This document shows, in pieces, positions 23,761 through 36,068 of a stretch of DNA of 64,000 nucleotides. Numbering within the stretch: the first letter of the stretch is position 1; each line of letters starts with the position of its first letter. Below the pieces are notes generated by a model. That model saw only the letters and a list, made by a program, of their open reading frames with translations, ran no database searches and was not told the origin of the DNA. This DNA is from Mobula hypostoma (lineage: Eukaryota), in the NCBI RefSeq assembly GCF_963921235.1, contig NC_086097.1:220226001-220290000 (forward strand), read 5' to 3'. The position numbers and the translations under genes are program-made.

Positions 23761-25107
23761 TTGTGAATGCAAACATTTCCTGGGGAATCCCTACTCAAGC
23801 CTCACAGAAAACATTTTGATGCTACAGAAAATCAGTAGCTAGCCACTCACCTATATTCACTTGCATAGTTGACAGTAGCTGATTTGTACTGACCAAGTTT
23901 TTTACTCCCCCCTGGTGCTGTTAGCTGAACTCAACTGGAGAGGAAATGGGGAATTGCAGTTAGCTTCAGGTCACTTGACCAGATTTGGTGACGTTAAAAA
24001 TGCATCACTCTTTTCTTCTCAGATCTGGGTGTGGGTGACGTTGATTGTCCGAATGCAATCCTAAATTCAGCTCATGCAGATAAGTTACAGGAGAACAACC
24101 AGTACCTGGGGAATCATGGCACAGTGTATTCAAGAGCGGAGTTGGGAAGGAATGGGAGAAAATTATTACATATAATTTATGTCAAGACATTACACATAAT
24201 CATACTCCAACCAATGTTATATTTGAATCATTTGGTTATCAAGACTGCTGCTTACAGTTTTGTTTTACAGAAATACTATTTATTTGTAAATAAATATATT
24301 TGAAAATTCTATATAAAACACTTGAGAACACACTAGTTATTTATTGCTTCCATTCTAGACAGTTGCGCAAAAGGAGAAATTGGTCCTTGGTTCAAGCCAT
24401 TGTTGTTGGACAGATAATGTTTTTCATATACAAGAGAGGGAATTAAATCTCCAGTTCCATTGGTGTAATTTTTTTCCTTGTGTTTTTTTCCAAGTTTCCT
24501 GGTATGACCTGGATGTACTTACATTCTCTTCCAGTAAATAATGTTTTGGACAAAATACAGTAGTGAAATTGAGTTCCTGCTTAAAAGCTAGCAATTCCGC
24601 TTGGAAATGCTGACTTTTACCAGTTTAGCTGAGTAGAAGTTTAGGATGATCTCATAAGCAGAGATTGTACCTCTCACCCAGCTATTTGACAATTGAACAC
24701 CATTGAATCCCTTATACTTTCAGTGTCAAATGTGGCTTAACACTGATTCCTGTACACTTGGTCTGTGGTCAAGAGAGTACGTTGAATGTAATTTCCTTTT
24801 TATTTAATTTAATTGTTTTTTAAATGTACAGTTATTTTTGAAGTGCCCAAATCTAATAGTAGCAAATATTTAAAATATTTCAATTGTTTATCTAATTTTT
24901 GAATGTTCATGAATATAAAAGGCACTCAAAAACATTCAGACTCAAGGAGACACTGCATAAAATGATCAGCTTTGAGGACCAGCAATCAGTAAGCTTAGTT
25001 GGGCTAAGTGACTCCTGGAAGACCTGGCTCAGTTTATGTAGTCTGAAAATGGGAGATCAGTGTGTCATGGTATATAAAACACAGCAAGTTACATACAAGT
25101 ATTATTA

Positions 25108-25280
25108 TGTTTGTTCTTAATAAAGACAAACAGCATGGGTGAAAACTAAGACATTTTTATTCTGAACACTCTAGCCAACATGAGTGTGTGCAACTAGTCC
25201 ACTATCATCACATCTGGTGAATTGCCTGCATGGCACAGTAAGAACTGCATTTCTCTATTATGTATGCATAGAATAACACA
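25108..25280 (-). repeat. 3' LTR of the Gypsy relic (~173 bp)
   Basis: TG..CA ends, internal AATAAA on the minus strand, immediately downstream of the PPT. Confidence 0.7.
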
Positions 25281-26620
25281 TATTCCCCCTTTAAAGAAAA
25301 CAAACACAAAACTATGTCTTCATAAACCTGCAAAGAACAATTATGCTTTCCAACAAAGATATTTACAGTAACTTCAATTGTAATGAGCAAATACAGTCCC
25401 TTTTTCACTCAGTATCTCTCAATCAGTCTCTGAGGTGGTTTGATGGTCCTTTTGGGTCTGCCATTTATATCCACAGATGTATTGCTTTCGCTTGCTGTGT
25501 TAATATTAGTGTCGTTCGGAGAACTCTGAACAACAAGTTTATTTTTTACATCTACAGATCCCTTTGGTGTACTGACAGGTGACATATCACAGATATGGTT
25601 GGAGCTTGTGGTCGTAGATCCACACAGTTCCTTCTCAGAGGTGTTCTTCGCTCCTTCTGGATTTGGTAGGAATGCCGAGCAACTTCTTCTTGCGCATATC
25701 CTTGCATGGACCATGTGCTATAATCATGATCTTGGATTCGTACTTGATCTCCAGACTTCAGGACTGGTAGGCTTTTTGTCGTGATTATGTTTCTGTTTTT
25801 CTTCCCCTTTCTCTTTGGTCAAGTTGACCTTGTGTGCACCTTTAGGAGTCAGTAGGTTTTTGTGCAGTGGAAGGTTAGAACGTATGCATTGACCCATCAG
25901 CAGTTGGGCTGGTGAAAGGCCATTCTACAGTGGCACACTTCTGTAACGCACCAGACTTTTGTGGAAGCTCTCTTGTCTTGTCCATCTTGCACGTTCTTCA
26001 TGGGGCCCTTTGATACCTTGACCGAACTCTCTTCTAGGCCATTAGATTCTGGGTGACGTGGTCTTAAAGTTATATGTCGAAACCCCCAATCATTGGCAAA
26101 GGACTCAAATTCACAGCTCGAAAATTGTGGACCATTGCCTGATACTATCTCACATGGAACTCCATGCCTCCAAACTCAGCTTTCAGGAATGTGATGACCA
26201 TTTTGCTGGATGTTGATTGCAGTGTTGCAACCTCTGGGTAATTGGAAAAGTAGTCTGTTACAACAATGTGACTCTTTCCATTACATTCAATCAAATCCAC
26301 TCCAACATTGAAATTCCACCTGGCTGGTACAGTGTGTGGTGTAAGTGGTTCTGTTGCAGCTTTGGTCTTGTAAGTAAGGCATATTTCACATGAAGCAGTG
26401 GTCTGGCGGATGTCTTGGTTGATTTTTGGCCAGTACAAGCTCTTCGTTTACAAATTTCCTCACCAAGATGCCCTTCATGTATCTTCTGTAGCATTTCCTT
26501 GCATAGCCACACTGGAATCACAAATCTGTTCACTATGAAGACTATATCTTCCACTCCTGACTGTTCAGCTCTGCACGCCCAGTAATCCCCGAATTCACAT
26601 TGGACAGTCGTTCCTAGTTG
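25108..26620 (-). mobile_element. Gypsy (Mag/K02A2.6-like) LTR retrotransposon 3' relic: integrase, PPT, 3' LTR
   Basis: HHCC region IHEGHLG..YWPKINQDI..CEIC, core VGVDL..VTDYFSNYPE, C-terminal GRPKRTIKPPQRL; PPT AAAGGGGGAATA directly before the LTR. Confidence 0.9.
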
Positions 26621-26749
26621 CTTGCGGTATTCATTTGTGCTCCGTTTAGACCTAATGCAGACTTCTGACACAATATTAAGTTGTGAAGTCCTGCAGGTAT
26701 TTGCTAAGATCACACCTGGAGAATGATGTATAAATTTAGTCTTCATTCT

Positions 26750-27160
26750 ATGGAAGGGAGTATTAAAATATACCTGATTTCACTAGGGCTTAGATTGCTA
26801 ATAGATCATCACATTGAAATATACAAGAGGGATTAATAGCGTTATTACCGACTATTTCCACTAATATAGTCTGGACATAATCTCAGAGTGAGCTGATCGA
26901 CCATTTAGGACTGAGATGAAGAAAAATCCCTTGATTCAAAGAGCCGAATATTTACAGTCCTCTATCAAAATGTTTGTGTATGCATAATTGTGCATATTCA
27001 AGGCTGAAACTGATAGATTTTTGAACACCAAGGGATTCAAAGGATTTGAGGATGGGCAGAATTAGGTAAGAGTCGATCATGAATTTATTGAATGGTAGAG
27101 CAAACTCAAGAGGCCATATGACCTTCTGCTGTATCTTATTCTTAATTTCTTGTAAACGGT
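26750..27160 (+). mobile_element. Degraded CR1 3' end
   Basis: TTTAGGACTGAGATGAAGAAAAAT and TTCAAGGCTGAAACTGATAGATTTTTG are CR1 3' signatures. Confidence 0.6.
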
Positions 27161-27214
27161 TAGTTTCACAATTTCTCATCACCTATTTGTCTAAGTGATT
27201 CAAGTCACACCGAG

Positions 27215-28640
27215 ACCATAGAACATAGAACAGTACAGCACAAGAGTAGGCCATTTGGCCCATAGTATCTGGGTTAGCCATGATGTCAACTTAACCTAAT
27301 CCCATCTGACCCTTATGTGGTGCATATCCATCAAGCCCCTGTTTGTTCAAATGTATAAGTACCTCTGAAATGTTCTTTCCATCTCCTTCCTTAGAAATAT
27401 GTACTGGCCATTTACCAATCTCTATGTAAAATAAAGTTACCCTGTAAATTTCCTTTAAACTTTCCCCCTCTTAAAGCTATACCCTCTAGTGTTTGATATT
27501 TTAATTCTGAGAAAAACAACTCGGACTATCTACTCTACCTATGTCCCTTATATACTTTTATCAGCCCAGCTCTCAGCCTCTGAAACATCAGAGAAAATAA
27601 TCCATGATTGTGCAGCCTGTCCTTGCATTCAATGCACTCTAGACCAGCAATATCCTAGTAAACCTCTTCGGCATCCTCTCCAAAGCCTCTGCATCCTTCC
27701 TGCAATATTCAAAGTTCTAATTTATTATCAAAGTATGTAAACCATATACAACCATGAGATTCATCCCCTTGCAGGCACTCACAAAACAAAGAAATACAAT
27801 AGAATTCACTAAAAAACACACACTACAAGACTGCCACATATCCAATTTGCAAAAGAGGACAAATCAGACAAATGGTGAAGAAAAGTAAACAAAAACGCAT
27901 GGGACGTGAACTGCAGAGTCACTGAACATGAATCCACGGCTGCAGAGCCCGTTCAGTGCTGAAGTCAAAGACCATGAGATGTAGAAGTAATATTTGGCCA
28001 CTTGGCCCATAGAGTCTGCTCTGTGTCTGCTCTGTTATCCAATGGCTGATTTTTTCCTCAATCCCATTCTTGTCTTGTCTATAAACTGGGCATAAACGTG
28101 CAGGAGCAATGTGTGGTTAAGTGCCTTGCTCAAGGACACAACACGCTGCCTCAGCTGAGGCTCGAACTCGCAACCTTCAGATCACTAGACCAACGCCTTA
28201 ACCACTTGGCCACACGCCAACACTCCCATTCTCCCACCATTTTAACATAACACTTAACTGCCTTACCAATCAAGAACACGTCAATCACTGTCTTAAATAA
28301 ACCCAAAAACTTGACCTTACTGCCCTCTGTGGCAACAATTTCCACAGATTATTCGCCCTCTAGCTGAAGAAATTCCTCCATCTCAATTTTAAGGGGCTAT
28401 CTCTTTCTTCGGAGGCTGTGCTCTCAGATCCTAGACTGTCCTGTGAATGAAAACATCCTCTACACATCTAACCTCTGATGGAATGGACACTGTACTCCTA
28501 TCCAAAGTTTAACACAGCTGTAACAGGGCCTGTTAAATTTTATACTCAGTGCCCCAGCTGATGAAGACAAGTATACAGTATTCCTTATTTACTGGTGTTG
28601 TCTCTTTCAAGGACTTCCTGTCCAAGATCCCTCTGTATTT
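27215..28640 (-). mobile_element. Cluster of CR1 3' ends (27215-27705, 27965-28640) with a Rex1 tail (27708-27960)
   Basis: CATAGAACATAGAACAGTACAGC CR1 terminus; CAAAGTTCTAATTTATTATCAAAGTA Rex tail. Confidence 0.7.
28071..28223 (-). mobile_element. Short tRNA-derived SINE
   Basis: A box TGGCCAAGTGG, B box GAGTTCGAGCC, GTGTCCTTGAGCAAGGCACTTAACC body, (AGACA)n tail, 9-bp TSD TCCCATTCT at 28062-28070 and 28224-28232. Confidence 0.9.
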
Positions 28641-29597
28641 AGATACTGAACAGAAGTTAACCCTTCTCTTAATCAGAAGCCTGTTATCTTAATTATGGTC
28701 CAAAAGTATGGGTGCTTCTAATGTCGATGGCTCACTAACACAATGCAAAATAAATTTACCAATTTATGCTGCAGGCTACTAAAGTTTTTACTAAGTGTTT
28801 CTAGTCAAGGAATACAGGCAAAATAAGTGCCCATACAGGTCTGTCATTTCCATCAAATCCCAAATTCAGACCAATTTGTAAGAAAGAGAACAGGTCTGAA
28901 TTAAATTGCATTTATAAGAATGTGCGTTCTCCTTCCGCCAGTTCTCTGTACATTTTTCATTCTTTATTGGATTTTTAAATCATAATACATTTGTAAAATT
29001 TGGCCAACTTAATCTGCTGAATCAAATTAAATTTGTTCAATTAATTTGAGCCAGCTTAATTTGACTCAGCAGAGCGATGATTCTTTTCAAACCAAGGTCA
29101 GAATCAGGTTTAATATCATTGGAATATGTCATGAAATTTGTTGTTTTGCGGCAGCGGTACATTGCAATGCATATTAATAAAGGCTATACATTACAATAAA
29201 ATTATATACGTATAAATGAAATAAGTAGTACAAAGAGGGAGGGAATAAAATACAGAGGAAGTGTTCAAGCCTTCATCATCCATTCAGAAATCTAATAGCG
29301 GAGGGAAGCTGCTGCTCCTGAAATGTTGAGTGTTTGTCTCCAGTCTCCTGTACCTTTCCCTCGACAGTAGCAATGAGAAGGGGGCATGCCCTGGGTGACG
29401 GATGCTGCCTTTTTGAGGTATCTCCTTTTGAAGGCTTGCTGGATGCTGGGGAGGCTGGTGCCCATGATGAAGCCAGCTGAGTTTACAACTTTCTGCAGCT
29501 TTTTCCGATCCTTTGCAGTGGCCCCTCCGTACCAGAAGGTGATGCAACCAGTTAGAATGTGCTCCACGGTACATCTGTAGACACTATTGAGTGTCTC

Positions 29598-32482
29598 AAC
29601 ATAGAAACATAGAAAATAGGTGCAGGAGTAGGCCATTCGGCCCTTCGAGCCTGCACCGCCATTTATTATGATCATGGCTGATCCTCCAACTCAGAACCCC
29701 GCCCCAGCCTTCCCTCCATACCCCCTGACCCCCGTAGCCACAAGGGCCATATCTAACTCCCTCTTAAATATAGCCAATGAACTGGCCTCAACTGTTTGCT
29801 GTGGCAGAGAATTCCACAGATTCACCACTCTCTGTGTGAAGAAGTTTTTCCTAATCTCGGTCCTAAAAGGCTTCCCCTCTATCCTCAAATTGTGGCCCCT
29901 CGTTCTGGACTTCCCCAACATCGGGAACAATCTTCCCGCATCTAGCCTGTCCAATCCCTTTAGGATCTTATACGTTTCAATCAGATCCCCCCTCAATCTT
30001 CTAAATTCCAACGAGTACAAGCCCAGTTCATCCAGTCTTTCTTCATATGAAAGTCCTGCCATCCCAGGAATCAATCTGGTGAACCTTCTTTGTACTCCCT
30101 CTAAGGCAAGGATGTCTTTCCTCAGATTAGGGGACCAAAACTGCACACAATACTCCAGGTGTGGTCTCACCAAGGCCTTGTACAACTGCAGTAGTACCTC
30201 CCTGCTCCTGTACTCGAATCCTCTCGCTATAAATGCCAGCATACCGTTCGCCTTTTTCACCGCCTGCTGTACCTGCATGCCCACTTTCAATGACTGGTGT
30301 ATAATGACACCCAGGTCTCGTTGCACCTCCCCTTTTCCTAATTGGCCACCATTCAGATAATAATCTGTTTTCCTATTTTTGCCACCAAAGTGGATAACTT
30401 CACATTTATCCACATTAAATTGCCCACTCACCCAACCTATCCAAGTCACCCTGCATCCTCTTAGCATCCTCCTCACAGCTAACACTACCACCCAGCTTCG
30501 TGTCATCCGCAAACTTGGAGATGCTGCATTTAATTCCCTCATCCAAGTCATTAATATATATTGTAAACAACTGGGGTTCCAGCACTGAGCCTTGCGGTAC
30601 CCCACTAGTCACTGCCTGCCATTCTGAAAAGGTCCCGTTTATTCCCACTCTTTGCTTCCTGCCTGCTAACCAATTCTCCACCCGCACCAATACCTTACCC
30701 CCAATACCATGTGCTTTAAGTTTGCACACTAATCCCCTGTGTGGGACCTTGTCAAAAGCCTTTTGAAAATCCAAATATACCACATCCACTGGTTCTCCCC
30801 TATCCACTCTACTAGTTACATCCTCAAAAAATTCTATGAGATTCGTCAGACATGATTTTCCTTTCACAAATCCATGCTGACTTTGTCCGATCATTTCACC
30901 GCTTTCCAAATGTGCTGTTATCACATCCTTGATAACTGACTCCAGCAGTTTCCCCACCACCGACGTTAGGCTAACCGGTCTATAATTCCCCAGTTTCTCT
31001 CTCCCTCCTTTTTTAAAAAGTGGAGTCACATTAGCCACCCTCCAATCCTCAGGAATTAGTCCAGAATCTAACGAGTTTTGAAAAATTATCACTAATGCAT
31101 CCACTATTTCTTGGGCTACTTCCTTAAGCACTCTAGGATGCAGACCATCTGGCCCTGGGGATTTATCTGCCTTCAATCCCTTCAATTTACCTAACACCAC
31201 TTCCCTACTAACATGTATTTCGCTCAGTTCCTCCATCCCACTGGACCCTCTGTCCCCTACTATTTCTGGAAGATTATTTATGTCCTCCTTAGTGAAGACA
31301 GAACCAAAGTAATTATTCAATTGGTCTGCCATGTCCTTGCTCCCCATAATCAATTCACCTGTTTCTGTCTGCAGGGGACCTACATTTGTCTTTACCAGTC
31401 TTTTCCTTTTTACATATCTATAAAAGCTTTTACAGTCGGTTTTTATGTTCCCTGCCAATTTTCTCTCATAATCTTTTTTCCCCTTCCTAATTAAGCCCTT
31501 TGTCCTCCTCTGCTGAACTCTGAATTTCTCCCAGTCCTCAGGTGAGCCACTTTCTCTGGCTAATTTGTATGCTTCTTCTTTGGAATTGATACTATCCCTA
31601 ATTTCTCTTGTCAGCCACGGGTGCACTACCTTCCTTGATTTATTCTTTTGCCAAACTGGGATGAACAATTGTTGTAGTTCATCCATGCAACCTTTAAATG
31701 CTTGCCATTGCATATCCACCGTCAATCCTTTAAGTGTCATTTGCCAGTCTATCTTAGCTAATTCACGTCTCATACCTTCAAAGTTACCCCTCTTTAAGTT
31801 CAGAACCTTTGTTTCTGAATTAACTATGTCACTCTCCATCTTAATGAAGAATTCCACCATATTATGGTCACTCTTACCCAAGGGGCCTCTCACGACAAGA
31901 TCGCTAATTAACCCTTCCTCATTGCTCAAAACCCAGTCCAGAATAGCCTGCTCTCTAGTTGGTTCCTCGACATGTTGGTTCAAAAAACCATCCCGCATAC
32001 ATTCCAAGAAATCCTCTTCCTCAGCACCTTTACCAATTTGGTTCACCCAATCTACATGTAGATTGAAGTCACCCATTATAACTGCTGTTCCTTTATTGCA
32101 CACATTTCTAATTTCCTGTTTAATACCATCTCCAACCTCACTACTACTGTTAGGGGGCCTGTACACAACTCCCACCAGTGTCTTCTGCCCCTTAGTGTTA
32201 CGCAGCTCTACCCATATCGATTCCACATCTTCCCGGTTTATGTCCTTCCTTTCTATTGCGTTAATCTCTCCTTTAACCTGCAACGCCACCCCACCTCCCC
32301 TTCCTTCATGTCTATCCCTCCTGAATATTGAATATCCCTGAACGTTGAGCTCCCATCCCTGATCACCCTGGAGCCATGTCTCTGTGATCCCAACTATATC
32401 ATAATCATTAATAACAATTTGCACTTTCAATTCATCCACATTATTACGAATGCTCCTTGCATTGACACACAACGCCTTCAGG
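29598..32482 (-). mobile_element. Young 5'-truncated CR1 LINE carrying essentially all of ORF2
   Basis: Long open APE+RT frames; 3' terminal TTTCTATG repeats at 29600-29615. Confidence 0.95.
29691..32472 (-). pseudogene. CR1 ORF2 (apurinic endonuclease + reverse transcriptase), one frameshift near 30420
   Basis: 685-aa frame ([53 protein letters not shown]) continues in the 29691..30605 frame (QFNVDKC..RPHLEYC..WNSLP). Confidence 0.95.
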
Positions 32483-33213
32483 CGCTCTTTGATGACCCAC
32501 CTATTTTCCTCAGAATCCTAATGAAATATAGCCATTGTCTTGCCTTCGTTGTAATTGCATCAATCTGTTGGGCTCAGGATGGATCTTCAGAGATGTTGTC
32601 ACCCAGGAACCTGAAACTGCTGGCCCTTTCCACTTCTGATCCCTCGATGAGGACTGGTGTGTGTTCCCTCGATTTCCTTCCGGTAGTCCACAATTGATTC
32701 CTTGCTCTTACTGACATTGAGTGTGAGGTGGTTGCTGTAATACTGCTCAGCTAGCTCCTGTACGCCATCAACACCAAATGAGATTCTGCCAACAATAGTG
32801 TCATTAGCAAATTTATAGATGGCATTTGAGTAGTACCTAGCCACACAGTCGTGGGTATAGAGAGAGTAGAGCAGTGGGATAAGCACACATCCTTAAGGTG
32901 CACCAGTGTTGATTGTTGGCAAGGAGGAGATGTCATCTGCGACCTGCATAGACTGTGGTCTCCTGGTGCCGATCTCAAGGAAGTCAAGGGAGGTACAGGG
33001 GCCCAAGGTTGGAGCTTTTTGATTAGAATAAAGGGTATGGTTGTGTTGAATGTTGAACTGTAATCAATAAACAGCAGCCTGACATATATATTGCTGTTGT
33101 CCAGGTGATCGAAGGCTGAGAGGAGAGCCAGTGAGATGGTATCTACTGTAGACCTATAGTGGCAATAGGCAAATTGCAGTGAGTCCGGGGCTCTGCTCGG
33201 GCAGGAGTTGATT

Positions 33214-33320
33214 CTGTTTCCTCAGGTGGATGTAATAGATTCCACAGACTACTCTGAAGATGAGCAGGCAAACTGACCCATGACTTTCCCAATATTTAAC
33301 CCTTGATCAATTCGATTGAA
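33214..33320 (+). mobile_element. Deu-domain SINE relic (AmnSINE1/SacSINE1-like)
   Basis: CTCAGGTGGATGTAATAGATTCCACAG..GAAGATGAGCAGG matches the Deu domain as I recall it; an upstream AAACCAAGGTC piece lies at 29088-29099. Confidence 0.6.
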
Positions 33321-33439
33321 ATATAAGCGGCTTGAATTTTGTTGTTAGCCTCTAAATTACAAACGTAAGAGTCATGCTTATGTATGTTTTTCTCATTTCA
33401 CTGGAACTAAGTGTCGGAAGTTCTGTACACACCTTACAC

Positions 33440-34065
33440 CTTCACTCCGATAACCACAAAAAGCAGGATTGCCTGGTGGCCACCCATTTCAATTCTACTT
33501 CCCATTCCGACATGTCAGTCCATGGCCTGCTCTACTGCCACAAAGAGGCCACACTCAGGTTGGAGGAGCAGCACCTTATATTCTGTCTGGGTAGCCTCCA
33601 ACCTGATGTCACAAATATCAATTACTCGAACTTTTAATAAATGCAACCCCCACTTCACCATTCCCCTTTCCTGTTACCCTCTCCCACCTTCTCTTCTTAC
33701 CTGCCCATCACCTCCCTCTGGTGCTCTTCCCCCTTCCCTTTTTTTCCATGGTCTTCTGTCCTCTCCTATCAGACTCCCCCTTCTCCAGAGCTTTATCTCA
33801 TTCACCATTCAATTTCCCAGCCCTTTATTTCACTTCCTTCCCTTCTCCCAGTTTCACCTATCACCTGCCACTTTGTAATTCTTCCGTCCCTCCCCCCACC
33901 TTGTTATTCTGACTTCACCCCTTCCTTTCCAGTCCTGATGAAGGGTCTCGGCCCAATACGTTGACTGTTTACTCTTTTCCATAGGTGCTACCTGGCCTGC
34001 TGAGTTCGTCCATTGTATCTGTGTTGCTTTGGATTTCCAGCATCTGCAGATTTTCTTGTATTTGC
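33440..34065 (+). mobile_element. Penelope-like element 3' end (GIY-YIG endonuclease C-terminus and terminal repeat)
   Basis: VATHFNSTSHSDMSVHGL..LRLEEQHLIFCLGSLQPD..NYSNF, followed by a pyrimidine-rich UTR and a hammerhead-like motif. Confidence 0.85.
33930..33967 (+). ncRNA. Decayed minimal type I hammerhead ribozyme motif
   Basis: Stem I CAGTC/GACTG, core CTGATGA (33935-33941), stem II GGGTC/GGCCC; the second core reads AATAC-GTT instead of GAAAC-GTC. Confidence 0.6.
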
Positions 34066-34260
34066 CTTTCACTATATTACCAACTCATTCAATGCATGAG
34101 ACCAAGGAAAATTGGTACCCAGTTATCTAGTCACTATAATATTGCTGATTGTGGGGTTGGCACGGGCACTGCAAAGTACTTTAATTCATGTGAAACACTT
34201 TGCAAAGTCTTCAGGTTTCAAAAAACCACTACCATGGCTTCTGGAATCATAATGGAACAA

Positions 34261-34788
34261 ACCGCACTTGGAGTACTGTGCTCAGTTCTGGTCACCTCAC
34301 TACCGGAAGGATGTGGAAACCATAGAAAGGGTGCAGAGGAGATCTACAAAGATGTTGCCTGGATTGGGGAGCATGCCTTATGAGAATAAGTTGAGTGAAC
34401 TCGGCCTTTTCTTCTTGGAGCAGTGAGGATCAGAGGTGACTTGATAGGGGTGTATAAGATGATGAGAGGCATTGATCGTGTGGATAGTCAGAGGCTTTTT
34501 CCCAGGGCTGAAATGGTTGCCACAAGAGGACACAGGTTTAAGGTGCTGGGAAGCAGGTACAGAGATGTCGGGGGTAAGTTTTTTACTCAGAAAGTGGTGA
34601 GTGCGTGGAATGGGCTGCCAGCAATGGTGGTGGAGGCGGATATGATAGGGTCTTTTAAGAGACTTTTAGATAGCTACATGGAGCTTAGTAAAATAGAGGG
34701 CTATAGGTAAGCCTAGTAATTTCTAAGGTAGGGACATGTTTGGCGCAACTCTGTGGGCCGAAGGGCCTGTAGGTTTTCTATGTTTCTA
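34261..34788 (+). mobile_element. Young CR1 3' fragment
   Basis: PHLEYCAQFWSP, RGDLIGVYKMMRG, FFTQKVVSAWNGLP; TTTCTATGTTTCTA tail. Confidence 0.9.
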
Positions 34789-35709
34789 AACAAGAATTCT
34801 AACGCCTCATTTACTAAATACTCTTACTTCTTTCCGTTTTGTACCTTTACACTAATATGCAAAAATCCTATTGAACATTACCATCACAATCTGTACTAAT
34901 CTCCCATACTTTATTAAAATATTCATCACAGAATGTGATAAATTAATTCAATAAATTATTAAAATGATTAAAAATAAATATTGAAAACACAATATGTAGG
35001 AAATAGTTGGACAGTTAGACAGACAGGTTATTATCTCAGTCTTGATATTCTGAATGAAAATTATACTTGAAACATTAACTTTGCTGTCCCTACAGATTCT
35101 GCATAGTACATGCTTTTGCTATTTTCTGTCTATCAGGATGTTTCCCTTGTTAGAATATAGCTGTTTCGGGTAATGCAATATACAAAAATACAAGTAGTTT
35201 CTAACCTTGAAGAGTCAGCAGGACTGTTTGGAGTAGTACACTGGGGAGTGAGGAGATAAAACATTAGTGGAAAAAAAGCATATTTCAGTCTAAATTACTG
35301 AAAACTGCATTTCAATATATAAATCAATAAAACTGGTTTATAACAAATGCTTAACACTGCCTTATTGCTTTTTCATATTGTATTGGTGCCAGTTAGAGAC
35401 AAATCTGTCTTTTTGACAGGTGCATTAATGTCCTTTTTTTACATCATTTTATAGGAGCTTTACCCAAGCTCATCAAGAGATATCTATAGGTGACATTAGA
35501 TAAGGAATGTACTTGAAGGAAGACGAGATAATGGCCCAGCAGGGTAAATGCATTACAACACAGTCACTGTGATTTGTATAAAAGCTATGCTAAGTGCTTA
35601 GGCTATTTGCTAAAATAAAGACCACCCCCTGCCCCCACCAATTCACAGCCTCTAAGAAGCCTAATCTCAAACAAATGCAAGTCATTCTCATGAATTTTCA
35701 TTTAATAAT

Positions 35710-36068
35710 TTCAGAACCAGGTTTATTATGAACCAGGTTCATGTGACGTGAAATTTGTTAACTTAGCAGCAGCAGTTCAATGCAATACATAATATAGCAG
35801 AGAGAGAGAAAAAAATAATAATAATGAATAAAATAAAACATAATGATAAATAAACAAGTAAATCAATTACGTATATTGAATAGATATTTTTAAATGTGCA
35901 AAAACAGAAATACTGTATACTGTATGTGAGAATGCTGTCCATGGTACATCTATAGAAGTTTTTGAGTGTATTTGTTGACATGCCAAATCTCTTCAAACTC
36001 CTAAAAAAGTATAGCCACTGTCTTGCCTTCTTTATGACAACATTGATATGTTGGGACCAGGTTAGATT
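35710..36068 (-). mobile_element. Rex1 3' fragment with internal deletion
   Basis: Near-identical 3' UTR to 60300-60490; KRFGMSTNTLKNFYRCT is joined directly to the UTR near 35920. Confidence 0.85.

Larger units (their letters stand above)
29098..33213 (-). mobile_element. Rex1/Babar LINE split by a young CR1 (29098-29597 and 32483-33213)
   Basis: [21 protein letters not shown] in the 5' part; VEHILTGCITFWYGG and an ATTAAACCTGATTCTGA tail in the 3' part. Confidence 0.85.

Noticed and set aside
28145..28223. Possible tRNA gene
   Set aside because: The A/B boxes are followed by a SINE body, tail and TSD, so it is a SINE head.
31565..32341. 258-aa plus-strand ORF (and the 230-aa ORF at 29668..30360)
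   Set aside because: Antisense shadows of the intact CR1 ORF2, with no independent protein features.
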